DNA of 63,043 nucleotides, filler included, from Aduncisulcus paluster (Eukaryota): NCBI GenBank assembly GCA_024181965.1. It is 4 parts of 4 records of this genome, joined end to end, with 100 filler letters (N's around TTAATTAATTAA, not from the genome) between each part and the next. Parts side by side here need not be neighbours in the genome. Positions count along the whole stretch, not along the records: positions 19,598 to 37,293 come from BQXS01012762.1; 3 more parts are not named here. One strand, written 5' to 3'. A program made the position numbers and the translations under genes. The notes under the pieces are model-generated. The model did not search any database. It worked only from the letters and a program-made list of their open reading frames with translations, and was not told where the DNA came from. This document shows, in pieces, positions 22,787 to 37,393 of the stretch; position 1 is the first letter of the stretch, and each line of letters starts with the position of its first letter.

Positions 22787-25700
22787 ATGGGTGTTCGTAA
22801 ATCCGCAATCCTGTCTAGGTTTCAAGAATTTATCATCCCCATTCATGCAACAATTCAGTATTATACAAAACAGTTTTATAAATCCCTGCCAAAGATATTA
22901 GCGTATCCTTGGGCGGATATATCTATAGTCCTTCTTCGTTTTGTTCTATATTTTACCATATTCGCCGGGTTTTTCCAGTTTATCATTCCGTTTTCTCAAC
23001 ATTCATTCTTATCGATACTTTATACCCTTGTTGGTGATGTCTATCACTTAGCACAAGATAAAATAACATCATGGTTTAGTATAGAATATTCTCTTGAATT
23101 TTTACTTGCGGGAGCCCCGGTATTGACCTATATATTCCACTATTTCTGTGGATTCCTCCTTACTCACTTTTTCCGGCATTCTTTTGCCGCACAATCTGAA
23201 GAAGACGATGAAAATATTGAGAATGATGGATTTTCAATGAAGAATACTCCCAAACCGCATTGTTTCTCGATGGATTCAGAATGGTCAAACGCCAACAACC
23301 CTAACAACAAACATTCCGGTGGTCTTCAGTATTCTTCGGACTCCAAATTGACATCTTCATACAAATTGCCCCATTCTTATGTCTTTAACGATGAAAGTAA
23401 CGAGCACATAATTCTCCAATCGACCAAACTCATAGATGATCGAGTTGAAGAGCTTTGGAGGAGTTCCAAAATCAGACAAAGGGAGAAAGAAGAAGAACGA
23501 ACCAAAGAAACTGAACGTTACCTCCACAGAATGAGAGAAAAAGAAGGCAGACGGTATGGCAGACGTGATGATCGTTACCGTCATAAACATCGGCATCACC
23601 GCCGTCATAATAAGAACTCTAAGAAGAAACATTCGACGAGGGGACATCATTCAGGCTCTAAACATCCTTCAGGCTCTAAACATCATCCTAGAACATCATA
23701 CAAGACTTCCCACCAACAATATTACCATGGAAGTATTGGTATTCCACACACATCTATGGATGCCAGATCCAAGACTTCAGGTTCAGGTTCATCTTCATCT
23801 CAACACTATCACCAGCATCACCAACACCAACAGCACCTCTTCACTACATCTCTTGGAAGACCTTTAATGGTCCCTCTTGTTGATCGTCCTATTCCTATTA
23901 CTGCCACCTCCATAGATACAACCAGCCTTGGGAGTGCTCATGGGAGTGGTCATGGAAGTGGTCATACACACACACAGAGTCACGGTCACCCTCACAGTCA
24001 TGGTCACCCTCACAGTCAGAGTCAGAGTCTTGATGTAACAAAGACCCGTAGATCAATATCTCATTCTCTTTCTCTGAACAATCCTCTCTTGCCGAAATCA
24101 AGAGATTCAAGCATAATTGACGATGGAGACAATGCCGATCTCAATATAATGTCTCTGTCCATTCAAAAGCTACCCGGTGGGATTAACACAAGTTCTGGAG
24201 CATCATCTTCTTCTTCTTCTACTTCAAAGTCAAAGTTAAAGTCAAAGTCAAAGTCAAAGAAAGAGAAAGAAAGAAGAGAGAGAAGAGAGAGGAGAGAGAG
24301 AAGAGAGTCAAAGCATGGGTCAAAGCATGAATCTAAAAAGAAGGATAAAGAGAAGGATAAAGAGAAGGCAGACAGAAGTTCCATGAGAAACAAAGAGAAG
24401 AGTATTAACTCTTCCATCTCTTCACCAATCTCCTCTTCCTCTTCCTCTTCCTCTTCCTCTTCCTCTTCCTCTTCCTCTTCCTCTTCCTCTTCCTCTTCCT
24501 CTTCCTCTTCCTCTTCCTCTTCTTCCTCTTCTTCCTCTTCCTCACAAGTTCTGGAGCATCATCTTCTTCTTCTTCTACTTCAAAGTCAAAGTTAAAGTCA
24601 AAGTCAAAGTCAAAGAAAGAGAAAGAAAGAAGAGAGAGAAGAGAGAGGAGAGAGAGAAGAGAGTCAAAGCATGGGTCAAAGCATGAATCTAAAAAGAAGG
24701 ATAAAGAGAAGGATAAAGAGAAGGCAGACAGAAGTTCCATGAGAAACAAAGAGAAGAGTATTAACTCTTCCATCTCTTCACCAATCTCCTCTTCCTCTTC
24801 CTCTTCCTCTTCCTCTTCCTCTTCCTCTTCCTCTTCCTCTTCCTCTTCCTCTTCCTCTTCCTCTTCCTCTTCCTCTTCTTCCTCTTCTTCCTCTTCCTCA
24901 AGTCTCTCCAGTGAAGCCAAAGATGGACAAGGCGTTGAACCAAAAGACTCAGTGAAATATGATAACGGTGAGCTAAGACTTGTTGATGGGGTTAAAGAGA
25001 AGAAAGATACCAAACAAAGCTCCATGGAAGCAATCGGATTCGCATATGCTTCCAGTGACATTCAAGACCAACAGTTACAGGCTGAACAAGACCAAGATAT
25101 CGAAGGCAGAGCAAGAGATATTCACTCAGGAGATAGCACAATGGATGATGTATGTATGCACTCAGGAGATAGCACAATGGATGATGTGTCACAACGAAGG
25201 TCTTTATCCACATTGGCACTAAAACCTCTTGCATACCCTTCATCACAACCGCACTCTCCAGCTCAGTCTACACTCTCACAGGGCCATTTCACTGCTCTTT
25301 CAACTGATGATAACTCCAGTGAGTCCAGTGATTGTGGTTATAGTTCTTCAACCCCAAGCGACTCTTATTATTCTTATTCTTATTCTGACAGTGATCGTGG
25401 TATTGGTCGTGATCGTGGTCGTGGTACTGGTCGTGACTATCATTATCATGATGTTAGTGGTCATGATTCTGTCAAGGGATTTGACGATGTTGATAATGAT
25501 GATACTGGTCGTAGTATATCTGATAAAGATACATTCATATCCTTTCTCTCAAACTCTGTTCAACAATCACATATAATGTCAGATGGTCTGAGGTTATTGT
25601 TGAACCCTGGGGATGACATTGACGATTATCCACGAGGTGCCATATCATCCTCTCATAAACACCCTAGGCACCATCACCATAATCCTAGGCATCACCATCG

Positions 25701-28700
25701 TCACAGACATCATGATAAGCAGAGTTATCGTCACGATAAACACGATAAACAACACGGTAAACAACACGGTAAACAACACGGTAAACAACATGGACAACAT
25801 GGATATGGTCACCAACATCGGTACCAGCATCAACTCCCTATTCCTGGTGTTTACGCTGCTTCTGCTACCACATCAAGTGAACGTACACATCCTTACTATC
25901 ACCCTCAGTATCCCTCAGTGGACGATCATAAGCACCGGGGAGTCACATACAAGGAGTCACATACTGGGAGAGAAGCCACTGGATCCATGTTATTACCACA
26001 TAGGTCAAGTTATAGTTCTCAGCCTCAATTGCCTACTATCCCCAATACTTCCTCTCAACAACATCTTACTTATCCTACTGCTACTGCTATCGATACTGTA
26101 CATGGTGCTATGCATCACGATCATGGTATCAATCATGGTATCAATCAAGGCATTGATGGTATGGGTGAAAGAAGAGAAGGAACAGAAAGGACAGAAGGAA
26201 GAGAAGGGAGAGAAAGGATAGAGAAGGGAGAAGATAAAACTACTAAAAGGATGGATGGAAGACAACATTTCTCTCTCTCTGCTGTTGAAGAAGGTGTGCA
26301 TGGTGATTCTGCACGGATGTCCAGGCATTCACAGTCATTATACTCCCACGAACATCCACATAGATCCCAAAGACAAGGAACAACTGAACAGGATAAGGAC
26401 GGAATGCCAAGTATGGGTGTTCATCGAGAAGGACGTGCAGGTAACGGACGTGGACGTGGACAACTCAGTTTTCGAGGTATAAATACCTCTTCTTCCTCTT
26501 CTTCTTCCTCTTCTTCCTCTTGTTCTTCTATGAATTCGATCAAATCAAAGTCTTCTGGGTCAGAGTCCTCGGTATTAACTACAAACACAACCAATACAAC
26601 ATCAGACATTCCAATTCACCTTAGGGGAAGAATGAAGGAGACTATATTTGCTTCTTTCTCACTCAGATCTATTTTGGGAGACATTTGGATATTTTTATTC
26701 AAGAATGTTCTCATTTTTTTCCTTATAATATCTGGGTTATGTCTCCAAATATTACAAGGAATTATGGGGTTTATCGTGTATTCTGTTGGAATTCGTGTGA
26801 TTTTTGGCTCACCTACAAAATATTGGACAGATACTTCTCATGTGAACTATAAATATACCAATTCTAAATATAGACATTCCTCTGGTATTGCTAATTCAAA
26901 CCCTTCAGAGAAAAATTCCTATTCTTATGATTTTTCAAAGGTAGATCCCATTAAGTTATTGTCATATGCAAATGATTATTATTATTACCATCAAAACCAT
27001 TCAATAACACTTTTGGGACCTGATATTATCGGTAATTTTGGCGGTTCTTCCTCCCTTGTTCGTGGTGATTCCTCAATATTTTTGAAAATCGGTCTCATTT
27101 TGATTCTAATTTTAAGTTATGCCGCACTGGTTTTGTATAATCGGTTCCGCACTGATCATAACACACGGACTCATCTATTTTTGCAAAAACATCTAAAAAT
27201 ATCCATCTCACCGAATGAGAAACTTCATAAGTTGAGGCTTAAATATTGGAAATCACAAGTGAAAAAATGGGTTAAAACGCAATATTCAGTTATAAAATCC
27301 CGATATGCTTCTAAAAATAGCAATAATATTAATATTATTGAGAATAATAGTTGTTGTTGTTCTAAAAATAGAAAACGAGAAACAAGTAATGAAGCTGCTA
27401 CTGCTGCTACTGCGGCTGCTGCTGATGCTGATGATGATTATTCACGTAGTCTTAAGCAACAACAATATACATCTCGTAGTTCCAGTTGTACCAAGATTCC
27501 CCTTATTGTTAGAGATAATAAGACTGGAATATTAGGAACTACGAGTACTGATTGTTCAATTGAAATGACACCTATGAGAGTCTCCTCCTCATCCATCGCC
27601 TCCTCTAGTACATCACCAACTACTATACCTACTGCTACTGCTACTGCTACTGGTACTGCTACTGCTACTGGTACTGCTACTGGTACTATGGACTATGATA
27701 GTACATATACTGCTGTGGCTACTGATGGTTTTGGTTCTTCTGGAACAAATGATAATAACCATACTAATAAGACATCTTCCTCCTCTCCTCTTTCCAACTC
27801 CAACCCCAAACAAAGACCTTTCAAGAGTGAGTCGTCAAGTTCCATTCTGTCTTCAATCATATCTCCTTCAAACTCTCATTCTTTCCCTCTTCCTGAATTC
27901 CCATCTCATCTTCTTGTTAGAACCTCATTCCCACCCCCAGCATCTGCCGATCCTTTATTCTCACTTTCTGGGCGGATTGAAAGGATAATTATGGATTTCT
28001 GTGTTATTCTTGCATTCATGTTAATCCGGTTTGTGTCTAACTCATTCTCTTTCTTGCTATCAATAATTTCTCTCGTTCATTTATTGTTCTCTACGTATAC
28101 CCAGCTTTTGACAGGATGGTGGGATCTTGGTCTGACCAAAATTGTTGACTGTTTCCTGTTTGCCGTGTCTATATCCATTAATCTTGCAGCATACAGAGTG
28201 TTAAACATTCTCAATCTTCCATTTTTAGCACATTCTCAAATGTTACCATATTTATTCCCAATTATTTTAGCCAATTGTATCATAATAACCATAGTAACTT
28301 TCCTCATTGGATGTAAAGTTCGAAAGAGAGCATTGAGAGCTTGTACAAATATGAGCGGTATGAATGATCAATCAGTCGCTGCGATCAACAGTCCAATTTA
28401 CACTTACCTTTCTGGTAGATATTCTCATGAAGCTTTGACAGTTGCTTCACCAATCGTAACTCCAGAGGGTGCCAAGTTCTTGAATAACTCAAGAATATCC
28501 ATGCATTCGTATTTGGCCATGACTTATCAAGCAACTAGAGCTGGGAGAGACACAAAGGGGAGGAGTACAAATGTTGATGATGAGTTTTGTGTCCACTCGA
28601 ACGGATGGATTGGAAGAATGTGGAAGAAAGAGAGGAAAACGAGATACGATCTAATGAACAAACATTTGGATAATGTATTTGGATGGAACTTAAAGAGTAC

Positions 28701-31700
28701 CTCCATATCTGGAAATAATAATAGTACCAACAGTAATAGCCCAACAACAACAACATACAGGTTTTGGCCGGTCATCTGCCGGTGGAGGTATCGGTGGAGG
28801 TATCGGTGGGGGTATCGGTGGAGGTAATCGTGGTGGTTTTGGATCATTGGGTGGTGAGAAGAAATCTCTTGTCCCCGTGTTAAAATTCACCCATTTTGCT
28901 GAACCATCAATAACATCACACACTGCTGTCCCACCTCCTCCTCCGACTTTGTCTTTGCCACCTGAGAGTATGTTTGGAATGGTATCAAACTCTATTCCTT
29001 TGTTCTCTTGCTCTTCCCTGGTTGTACCATCTGCTTATATTCCTACAAATATCCATCTCGCAACTTCACCATTTGAGTTTCTCACTCAACCTCAATCAGA
29101 TTACAAGATTAACTCTTATGAATTCGAGATGAATCAACAACCAAACACAAGTTCTCGGGATCACCAATATCAACGTCGGCTATCTCAATACCCAAAGTCT
29201 GCATCATACCAAAGACAAGCAGGAAGTCGTGGATATGGATTTGGTGGAAGAAGAAGAGAGGGTCTTGCAAACAATGCAAGAAATACTGGTACTCAAGCTC
29301 AAGCTCAAGGTCAAGGTGAAGCTGGTAAAGCTCAAGGTGGTAGGCAGCATGTAACTTCAGTTTCTTTCAAGAAAGGCACTGAATTCCAATCCAAGAGTCA
29401 TGGTAAGACCTCCAAGACTAAAGTTAAAGGAAAAAAACAAGATAGTTATGGCAATGATAAAGTGAAAGGTAGAGGTAGAGTTAAAGAACAACACGATAAA
29501 AAAACTACTATTCCTAACCCTCATCATCCTTCATCAAATCCTGCTCAAGCTCTAGGCTTATCAATTCAGAATAACCATATACATGATCCTTATCATAATA
29601 TGAATAGTATTCCTGGAGCTGTTCGAGGGTATCACCAATATCCATCATATCATCATGCAAACCCTGGAATATCTTTAAAACCCTTGCCTATATTCCAACC
29701 ATCACCTCCACCCGCACCTCCCCCTCCTTCCTCTTCTTCCACTCCGTTGTCTTGTCCTGTTAATGTAGGTATTTATGTCCAAGAAATGGAATGTATAGTC
29801 TGGAGATTGTTCATGTTGAAAGGATTAAAGGCTGCTCTAAGGAAAAATATCCAAGAAATGAAACAACAGTGGAAGGAAAAAGATGAAATTGAGAGAACAA
29901 GAAGAGAAATAAAGATCAAAATGAAGAAAGAAGAGAGGAAAAGGAAAGCGAGAGAAAGAAGAAGAGGAGGAGCAGGAGAGGACATTGGGAGATTANNNNN
30001 NNNNNNNNNNNNNNNATCCTTATCATAATATGAATAGTATTCCTGGAGCTGTTCGAGGGTATCACCAATATCCATCATATCATCATGCAAACCCTGGAAT
30101 ATCTTTAAAACCCTTGCCTATATTCCAACCATCACCTCCACCCGCACCTCCCCCTCCTTCCTCTTCTTCCACTCCGTTGTCTTGTCCTGTTAATGTAGGT
30201 ATTTATGTCCAAGAAATGGAATGTATAGTCTGGAGATTGTTCATGTTGAAAGGATTAAAGGCTGCTCTAAGGAAAAATATCCAAGAAATGAAACAACAGT
30301 GGAAGGAAAAAGATGAAATTGAGAGAACAAGAAGAGAATTAAAGATCAAAATGAAGAAAGAAGAGAGGAAAAGGAAAGCGAGAGAAAGAAGAAGAGGAGG
30401 AGCAGGAGAGGACATTGGGAGATTAGGAAGAGATGAAGGGAGAATCATGAATAAGGATAATCCTTTTAGCTCAAGATTTGCAACTACGGTTAGTAGCCTA
30501 TCTATCTCTTCCTCTTCTTCCTCTTCTTCCTCTTCTTCCCCGTCTCTTTCTCCACATGAACAGAAGGATTCCACATCTACCACTACAACCACTACTCCTA
30601 CATCTACTACTACAACTATTGGTACAAGCACTGCTCCAACAACATCAGGTCCAACAACATCAGCTCCAACAGTAACAGCATCAGGTCCAACAGGTACAAG
30701 TACTAAAGGTTCTTCTAGTCATAGTCAAAGTATATCAACAGCTGTGACTGCTTGTACAATGACAACGACTGGTGGGCATAGTTCTAGCTCTACCTCTACA
30801 ACCGGTACCTCTACGTCTACAACCGGTACCTCTACGTCTACAACCGGTACCTCTACGTCTACAACCGGTGATAATAGAGGTGATAGTATCGGTGATAAAT
30901 CCAAATCTAAATCCAAATCTATATCCAAATCTAAATTTAAATCCAAAAGGAAAGAACTATCCTCTAAATCATCTTCTTCGTCAGTTCATGTTTCTGCTTC
31001 TCCATCGGTGTCATCAACTTTCTCATCTCCATCGGTGCCATTTTCAGAAGTTAAAAAGGAGTTTAAAATAGCTATCAAGAAGATTGTTCCCATTATTAGT
31101 GTTTTGTTCACTTTTGAACAAGTTTCTGGTCGATTCAAGCTCTGGTGGAAAAGACTCTGGGTCAGGAAATCTTGTTTGCCGATTGATAACATGAATTCAT
31201 GGATATCATGCCATAAACCTTCATTCCCACCGAAATCTATTTTTAGACATTTATATCGGTATCGGAAGAAGGAGAGGAAGAGAAGTAGTAGAAGCAGAAG
31301 CAGAAGAAGAAATATCATGGATTCTGAAGATGGAAACATTGAAGATAGTAGTTTAATTGCTAAGTATACCAAAGACAATGATGATGAACAAGAAATATTT
31401 GATGATGTTGCATTTTATCTGAATTCGAAGAAATACAAGAAAATGTATGAAAAATCATTGCAAAAAAAGAAGAAGAAAGATGATTATATTTTACAACATG
31501 AACATGAAAAACAACATGGAGATCCCCAAATCAGTAGTCTTGGAAGAGGATCTATAGGAAGTATTGGAGGACATGGTCATGGTCATGGTCATGGTCATGG
31601 TATGGGCATTGGTATTGGAATGGGTACCAGTGCCTTCTCAGAACATTTACATTCATCACAACAACATGATTATTCGTTTTATTTCGCTGATGTAGCTCAG

Positions 31701-34700
31701 CCTTTCCCATATTCTATCCCAGCTTTCCTCTCTTCCACTGTATCTCTGCATCCACAGACCAATCTTCACCTCTCTTCGCTTACTAGATGGGTTGGTAGAT
31801 ATGTTCAATCAGGCCAGGGAGTTCATAATACAGTTTCTAGCCGTAACAGTTCGGTTAGAAACGGTTCTGCTAAGAAACAACCTCAAGTCACCCAACCAAT
31901 GGTCCCCACCGAACTTCGAACAGGGTTTTATCAGTGGAATCGGTATGGCAATGCTGTTGACAGTGTAAACAATATTAAACATTTTCATGGAGTTAAAGAG
32001 AAAAAAGGAACCAATCAAAACAATCAAAACAACCATAATAATAACAAGAATGGAATTCCTCCTGTCTCTGTTCCATCTCCATCTGCATTGCATTTGAGTT
32101 TCCCTCGATCTACAAACTCTGTCCCACTGTTTCTTGCAAGAATATCTGATTCTTATCGATGTATGAAAGTGTTGCCTCATATTTCTGATTGTAAGCAAGA
32201 AACTATCCATCAACAGCCAAAAGTTATCAAAGAGCACATTAAATCATCAATATCTCTTGCACAACATGACCAACATTGCTCGTCCAAATCTGCACATATC
32301 TTACATGGTAGGTCAGGTGTTAACACTAACAGTGCTAACGGTGGTAGTAGTATTAACAGTGGTGACAGTCCAATGACGCATAATAATAATACTGTAGCTT
32401 TTGGTCAGAGAACAACTCAAAGACCACATCGGTATGGTGATTCTTCAGCTTTGTTCGTGAGAGCTACAAGTGCTGTTTCGTCATCATCCACATCTGCAAC
32501 TGAAATGATTCCCACTGCACGCAAAGGAATGGGCATAGTTGGAAGGTCTGGAACAATGGGAACTACAGCAATGCACCAGCAGCAACAGCAACAGCATCAA
32601 TTATCTTTGCCTATCTCCTCAATGATGAAAGAAAGATTGGGTATCAGTGGTGATATTACTTCTACTGCTATACTACAGCCCATACAAACACAGCCACAGT
32701 CACAAACACAGCTTCAGCATTTACAATTACCAAAACTTGGTGGTCATATTCATGGGGGTCGTATTCATTTTGGTGGCATTGGTGGTGAGGGTGCAAGAAC
32801 AACCGATGACCAAACTGTTGATATTAACAGTAGCGATATAGATATTTTACAAGGAATGGGCGTTCCGTTATCTTCTATTGTGTCTAAACTCTCCCAGAAT
32901 CCATCTGCAGTGTCCTCTGGATCTGTTTCTTCTCTACGTCAACCTAGAGCAAAGATAATCCATCCCATTGGCGGTACTACTCAACATATTGGTGCTCAAC
33001 ATATTGGTGGCATTAACACTGTGTCTGGTTCACCACCAATGATAGCCACTACTGGCAATATCAATACCAATCCTAATAATGTGCATTCTTCTATGAATCA
33101 TGGTTCTTCTCCATCTGGTGGCACTGCAGGACAGTGTGGGGAAGTGGTGTCAGGATCACAACAAAAACAACCACCATCTGCTTCCTCTCCTTCCTTCTTC
33201 TTCTTCTTCTTCTTCACTAGATCTAACTCCAATGGAACTTCCTAGGTTTTCATTCCTAGGTTCTTTATTCCCAGTGTCTTTATTCATCAATACACTATCT
33301 TATATCTCATTTAGTAATTCAATGCCGCAATACTTCAGTCTTTTATTCTGTTCGTTATCTTCCCTTTATTTAACTGGTGATTGTCTCGTCCTCCCAGGTA
33401 GTCTAAATGCCATTAGTGGATGCAACAATCGAAGGGAGAAACGTGAAGAGAGGAAGAGGAAGAGAGAAGAGAAAAGAAGGATGAAAGAAGAAAAACACAA
33501 AAGGAAAGTAGAACAAAGGAAAAGAGTTAAGGAATGGAAAGATGCTCAAAAGAAAAGGAAAGAAGAACGGAGAAAGAAAGAGCTGGAAAGAAAGAAAAGG
33601 CTTGAAAGAAAGAAAAAGCTTGAAAGAAAGAAAAAGCTTGAAAGGAAAAAGAGAAAAGAAAGAAAACAAAAAAGGAGAAGAAGAGAAAGAGAAGAGAAAG
33701 AAAGAGGAAAAGTTAATGNNNNNNNNNNNNNNNNNNNNCGCAATACTTCAGTCTTTTATTCTGTTCGTTATCTTCCCTTTATTTAACTGGTGATTGTCTC
33801 GGCCTCCCAGGTAGTCTAAATGCCATTAGTGGATGCAACAATCGAAGGGAGAAACGTGAAGAGAGGAAGAGGAAGAGAGAAGAGAAAAGAAGGATGAAAG
33901 AAGAAAAACACAAAAGGAAAGTAGAACAAAGGAAAAGAGTTAAGGAATGGAAAGATGCTCAAAAGAAAAGGAAAGAAGAACGGCGAAAGAAAGAGCTGGA
34001 AAGAAAGAAAAGGCTTGAAAGAAAGAAAAAGCTTGAAAGAAAGAAAAAGCTTGAAAGGAAAAAGAGAAAAGAAAGAAAACAAAAAAGGAGAAGAAGAGAA
34101 AGAGAAGAGAAAGAAAGAGGAAAAGTTAATGTAGAAACAACGGCGATGGATTCTTTGGCTTCTTTGGATGCTTCTGATCCCAAGGGTCCAAATCCAAGAA
34201 AGATCTCTCAGGATATGATTCATCCACAAGAAAGTAACATACATATGGAGAATAAGAAACATAAGAAACACAAGGAATACAAGGAATCATCCATTAAAGG
34301 TAAAAATAAGGATGGAGAACAACATCATCAAGATGAACATCAAGATCCTGAACATTTGGAACATTACGTGGAATATGAAGCATCTCTTGAATCATATTCA
34401 GACATCGATGATGCTGAAGAAAAAAGTTATGACGATGAGGATGAATCATATTCCAACTCCGACTCCAAATCTGCCGATTATGACAATTATAATTACTCTC
34501 ATTCTGATTCTGATTCTGATTCTATTTCTGTATCTGAATCTGAGTCGGAATCTGAATCTGAGTCCTCTTCTTCTTCTTCTTCTTCTTCTTCAACTTTTTC
34601 TTCTTCATCTACTGAACTACCATATAACCCACCTGCGAACACTGGTTCATTTAAATTCTCTTCCTCTCTGCTCGATCGTAACCCTCTATTCAAAATGATG

Positions 34701-36957
34701 CACTCAAGCTCTTTGACTGATGAATTCATGCATCTGTGGTGGACATCTTTGATGGGTGGAAGAGGAGGTATTGAAAGGATGGTGGTTGAACGAGAATTGG
34801 GGGAAGAAAATGCTCTAGTAACTGTTAGAAAGAAAAAAGAGAGAGATGCTAACTCATACTACAACTCTTTAAGATCCTCTGCCAACGGTGCTGCCGGTAT
34901 TTCTGCCGGTATTTCTACCGGTGTTGGTTCTGTCGGTGTTGGTACTGGTACTGGTACTGGTGGTATCCACAGCCATAGTAGTCATAACAACAATACTAGA
35001 GCAGCACGAAGACCTAGAACAAGGTCTGCAAGTCTCTCCATGATACGAAGACACCACCACCAGCATCAACAGCATCAACAGCATCACCAGCAGCTTCAGC
35101 ATCATTCTTCACAGCCTCCATCACAGCCTCATGGACATAATCATCATCATTCCTCAAGTTATCACCTTGGAAGACAACGATCATTCTCATCAGGGAGTGG
35201 GAAGATACTGTCAACTGGACCAATAACAAGGCCTTCATCCTCCTCCTCTTCTTCCTCTTCTTCTTCTTCTTCCTCCTCTTCCTCTTCCTCTTCCTCTTCC
35301 TCTTCTTCTCCCACAGGTGTTAGAAGACATAGTATATTACCACGTGCAGATATCTCAAATTCTTCCTTGACACTTTCTCATCCAACAATACACGATTATC
35401 AACAACTGCAACAACAACAAAAGGGATCTGTGGCGCAATATGTTCCATTTTTAGCCTATAGACAGAAATATTCAGTGTGTCCAGTCTGTAGAGATGACTT
35501 TGAAGGACATTTGGTTGAATTGTTAGGAATTTCTATTGAAAAAGAACGGAAGATCATTGCTAAATTGAAACAAAAAGAAGAGTCTATTGGTTTGGATAAG
35601 ATTTCATCTCTTGAATATCGTAGAATGAAACTATACCTCCGTCGTCGAAAACGTCAAGCAAAAGAAGCTGAGTTGGTACGAAAAGAAAAATTAAAGATTA
35701 TTGTACAAAAAATATTAGCAAAAAAAATACATGCAAGCGAAGATAGACATCATAATTGTTCGTGTTGGCGTGGAATATTATGTGGGAAATGTAACTGTGG
35801 TATTCAAGAAGCTAAAAGGTTAATGTCATTGTATGAGGCTGAAGAAAAGAAAAAGACTATGCGAGATTATATGAAACATGTGCATCCAGAAATTAAATAT
35901 TCACGCAGAGATTCACTTACATACTGCCAATCTCTCATCGCTGAGGGCAATATGATGGCTGCTACGGCTGCTTCGGCTGCTTCGGCTGCTTCGGCTGCTA
36001 CCGGTGTTAATACTGGTGCTGCTGTTGGAAGTGGTGGTGTTACAGGTCATGTCATGCAAGGTATTAATAATAACCCTTCAACACATATTACTGGGCTTGG
36101 TACTGGCCTTGGTACTGGTACTGGTTCAGGTACTGGTACTGGTACTGGGACTACCAACAACATTACTTTTGGAATGGATGCTGCTGTTGTTCAGTCTTTA
36201 GGATCATTAAGACAAATGGGATATTCAGGTAAGAACGGTACCAGTCATACACATACGCATGTACGTACCCGTTCTTTGCCTACGTATTCTGCACGTGATC
36301 GTGGTGGAAGGAGAGAATCACCGTCATCCATCATTCAACAAATCAGTGCAGATCGTCATTTCTACACTACGACATCTTCACAGAGTAGAGAGAGAGAGGG
36401 AAGGCAGTTCCAATGACCATAATCAAAGAGAGTCATCTGGTCCTGGTATGAGAGGTTCGTCTCATGGATCAGTACATTCTCACGGTCGTTATTACAATAC
36501 TACAACTCAAACCATCAATAACCCTCATGGCCAGAATCCTTCTTGTCAACTATCATCATTCGGCACGACTCAACAGACATTTTTAAAATATTTCTTCAAT
36601 TCCCCGGTGTCTTCTCTATTGATGGACCAAATCTATAGTTATATCTGTGAGAAAGAAAAGAAAGATGTTGACCATTTGAAATTGAAATGGATTCATTCAT
36701 TAAAAAAAGAGATGGTTGTTGATTCTGATGCAAAGGAAAAAGATATTATGCGACGTGCAAAAGTCAAACATATTTTAGGTCCAAAACGTCAACATATCCT
36801 TGATACACTTGGTCTTTCCATTGATTTTATGGGCAATTCGAGCGAATATTTGTTTGAGAATGCCATGTTTGAGAAATACCAAAAGGAAGAAGAAGGAGAA
36901 GGAGAAAAGGAAGAAAAAGAAGAAGAAGGTTCAGAAGAAGAAGAAGAGCAAGAGAGA
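22787..36957 (+). CDS. Giant (~4300 aa after removing duplications) low-complexity multi-pass membrane protein, fragmented in the assembly, 3'-truncated
   Basis: Same-strand ORFs 22760, 24739, 28847, 29985, 33100, 33894 and 36259 chain through duplications (~24545, gaps 29996 and 33719) and single-base +1 shifts (~28740, ~33194, ~36400). Contains poly-S, H-, Q-, T- and K/E/R-rich tracts and several hydrophobic clusters. Confidence 0.65.
24430..24900 (+). repeat. (TCTTCC)n poly-Ser microsatellites within a ~356-nt tandem duplication of 24188-24544; third copy at 36978-37293
   Basis: Direct sequence identity between the copies; the 37087 copy has one S-to-T variant. Confidence 0.9.
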
Positions 36958-37393
36958 NNNNNNNNNNNNNNNNNNNNAATCCTCTCTTGCCGAAATCAAG
37001 AGATTCAAGCATAATTGACGATGGAGACAATGCCGATCTCAATATAATGTCTCTGTCCATTCAAAAGCTACCCGGTGGGATTAACACAAGTTCTGGAGCA
37101 TCATCTTCTTCTTCTACTACTTCAAAGTCAAAGTTAAAGTCAAAGTCAAAGTCAAAGAAAGAGAAAGAAAGAAGAGAGAGAAGAGAGAGGAGAGAGAGAA
37201 GAGAGTCAAAGCATGGGTCAAAGCATGAATCTAAAAAGAAGGATAAAGAGAAGGATAAAGAGAAGGCAGACAGAAGTTCCATGAGAAACAAAGNNNNNNN
37301 NNNNNNNNNNNNNNNNNNNNNNNNNNNNNNNNNNNNNTTAATTAATTAANNNNNNNNNNNNNNNNNNNNNNNNNNNNNNNNNNNNNNNNNNNN

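Noticed and set aside
24405..25061. Antisense poly-Glu, poly-Lys/Arg and poly-Phe ORFs over the giant gene and other genes
   Set aside because: Shadow frames of stop-free microsatellites.
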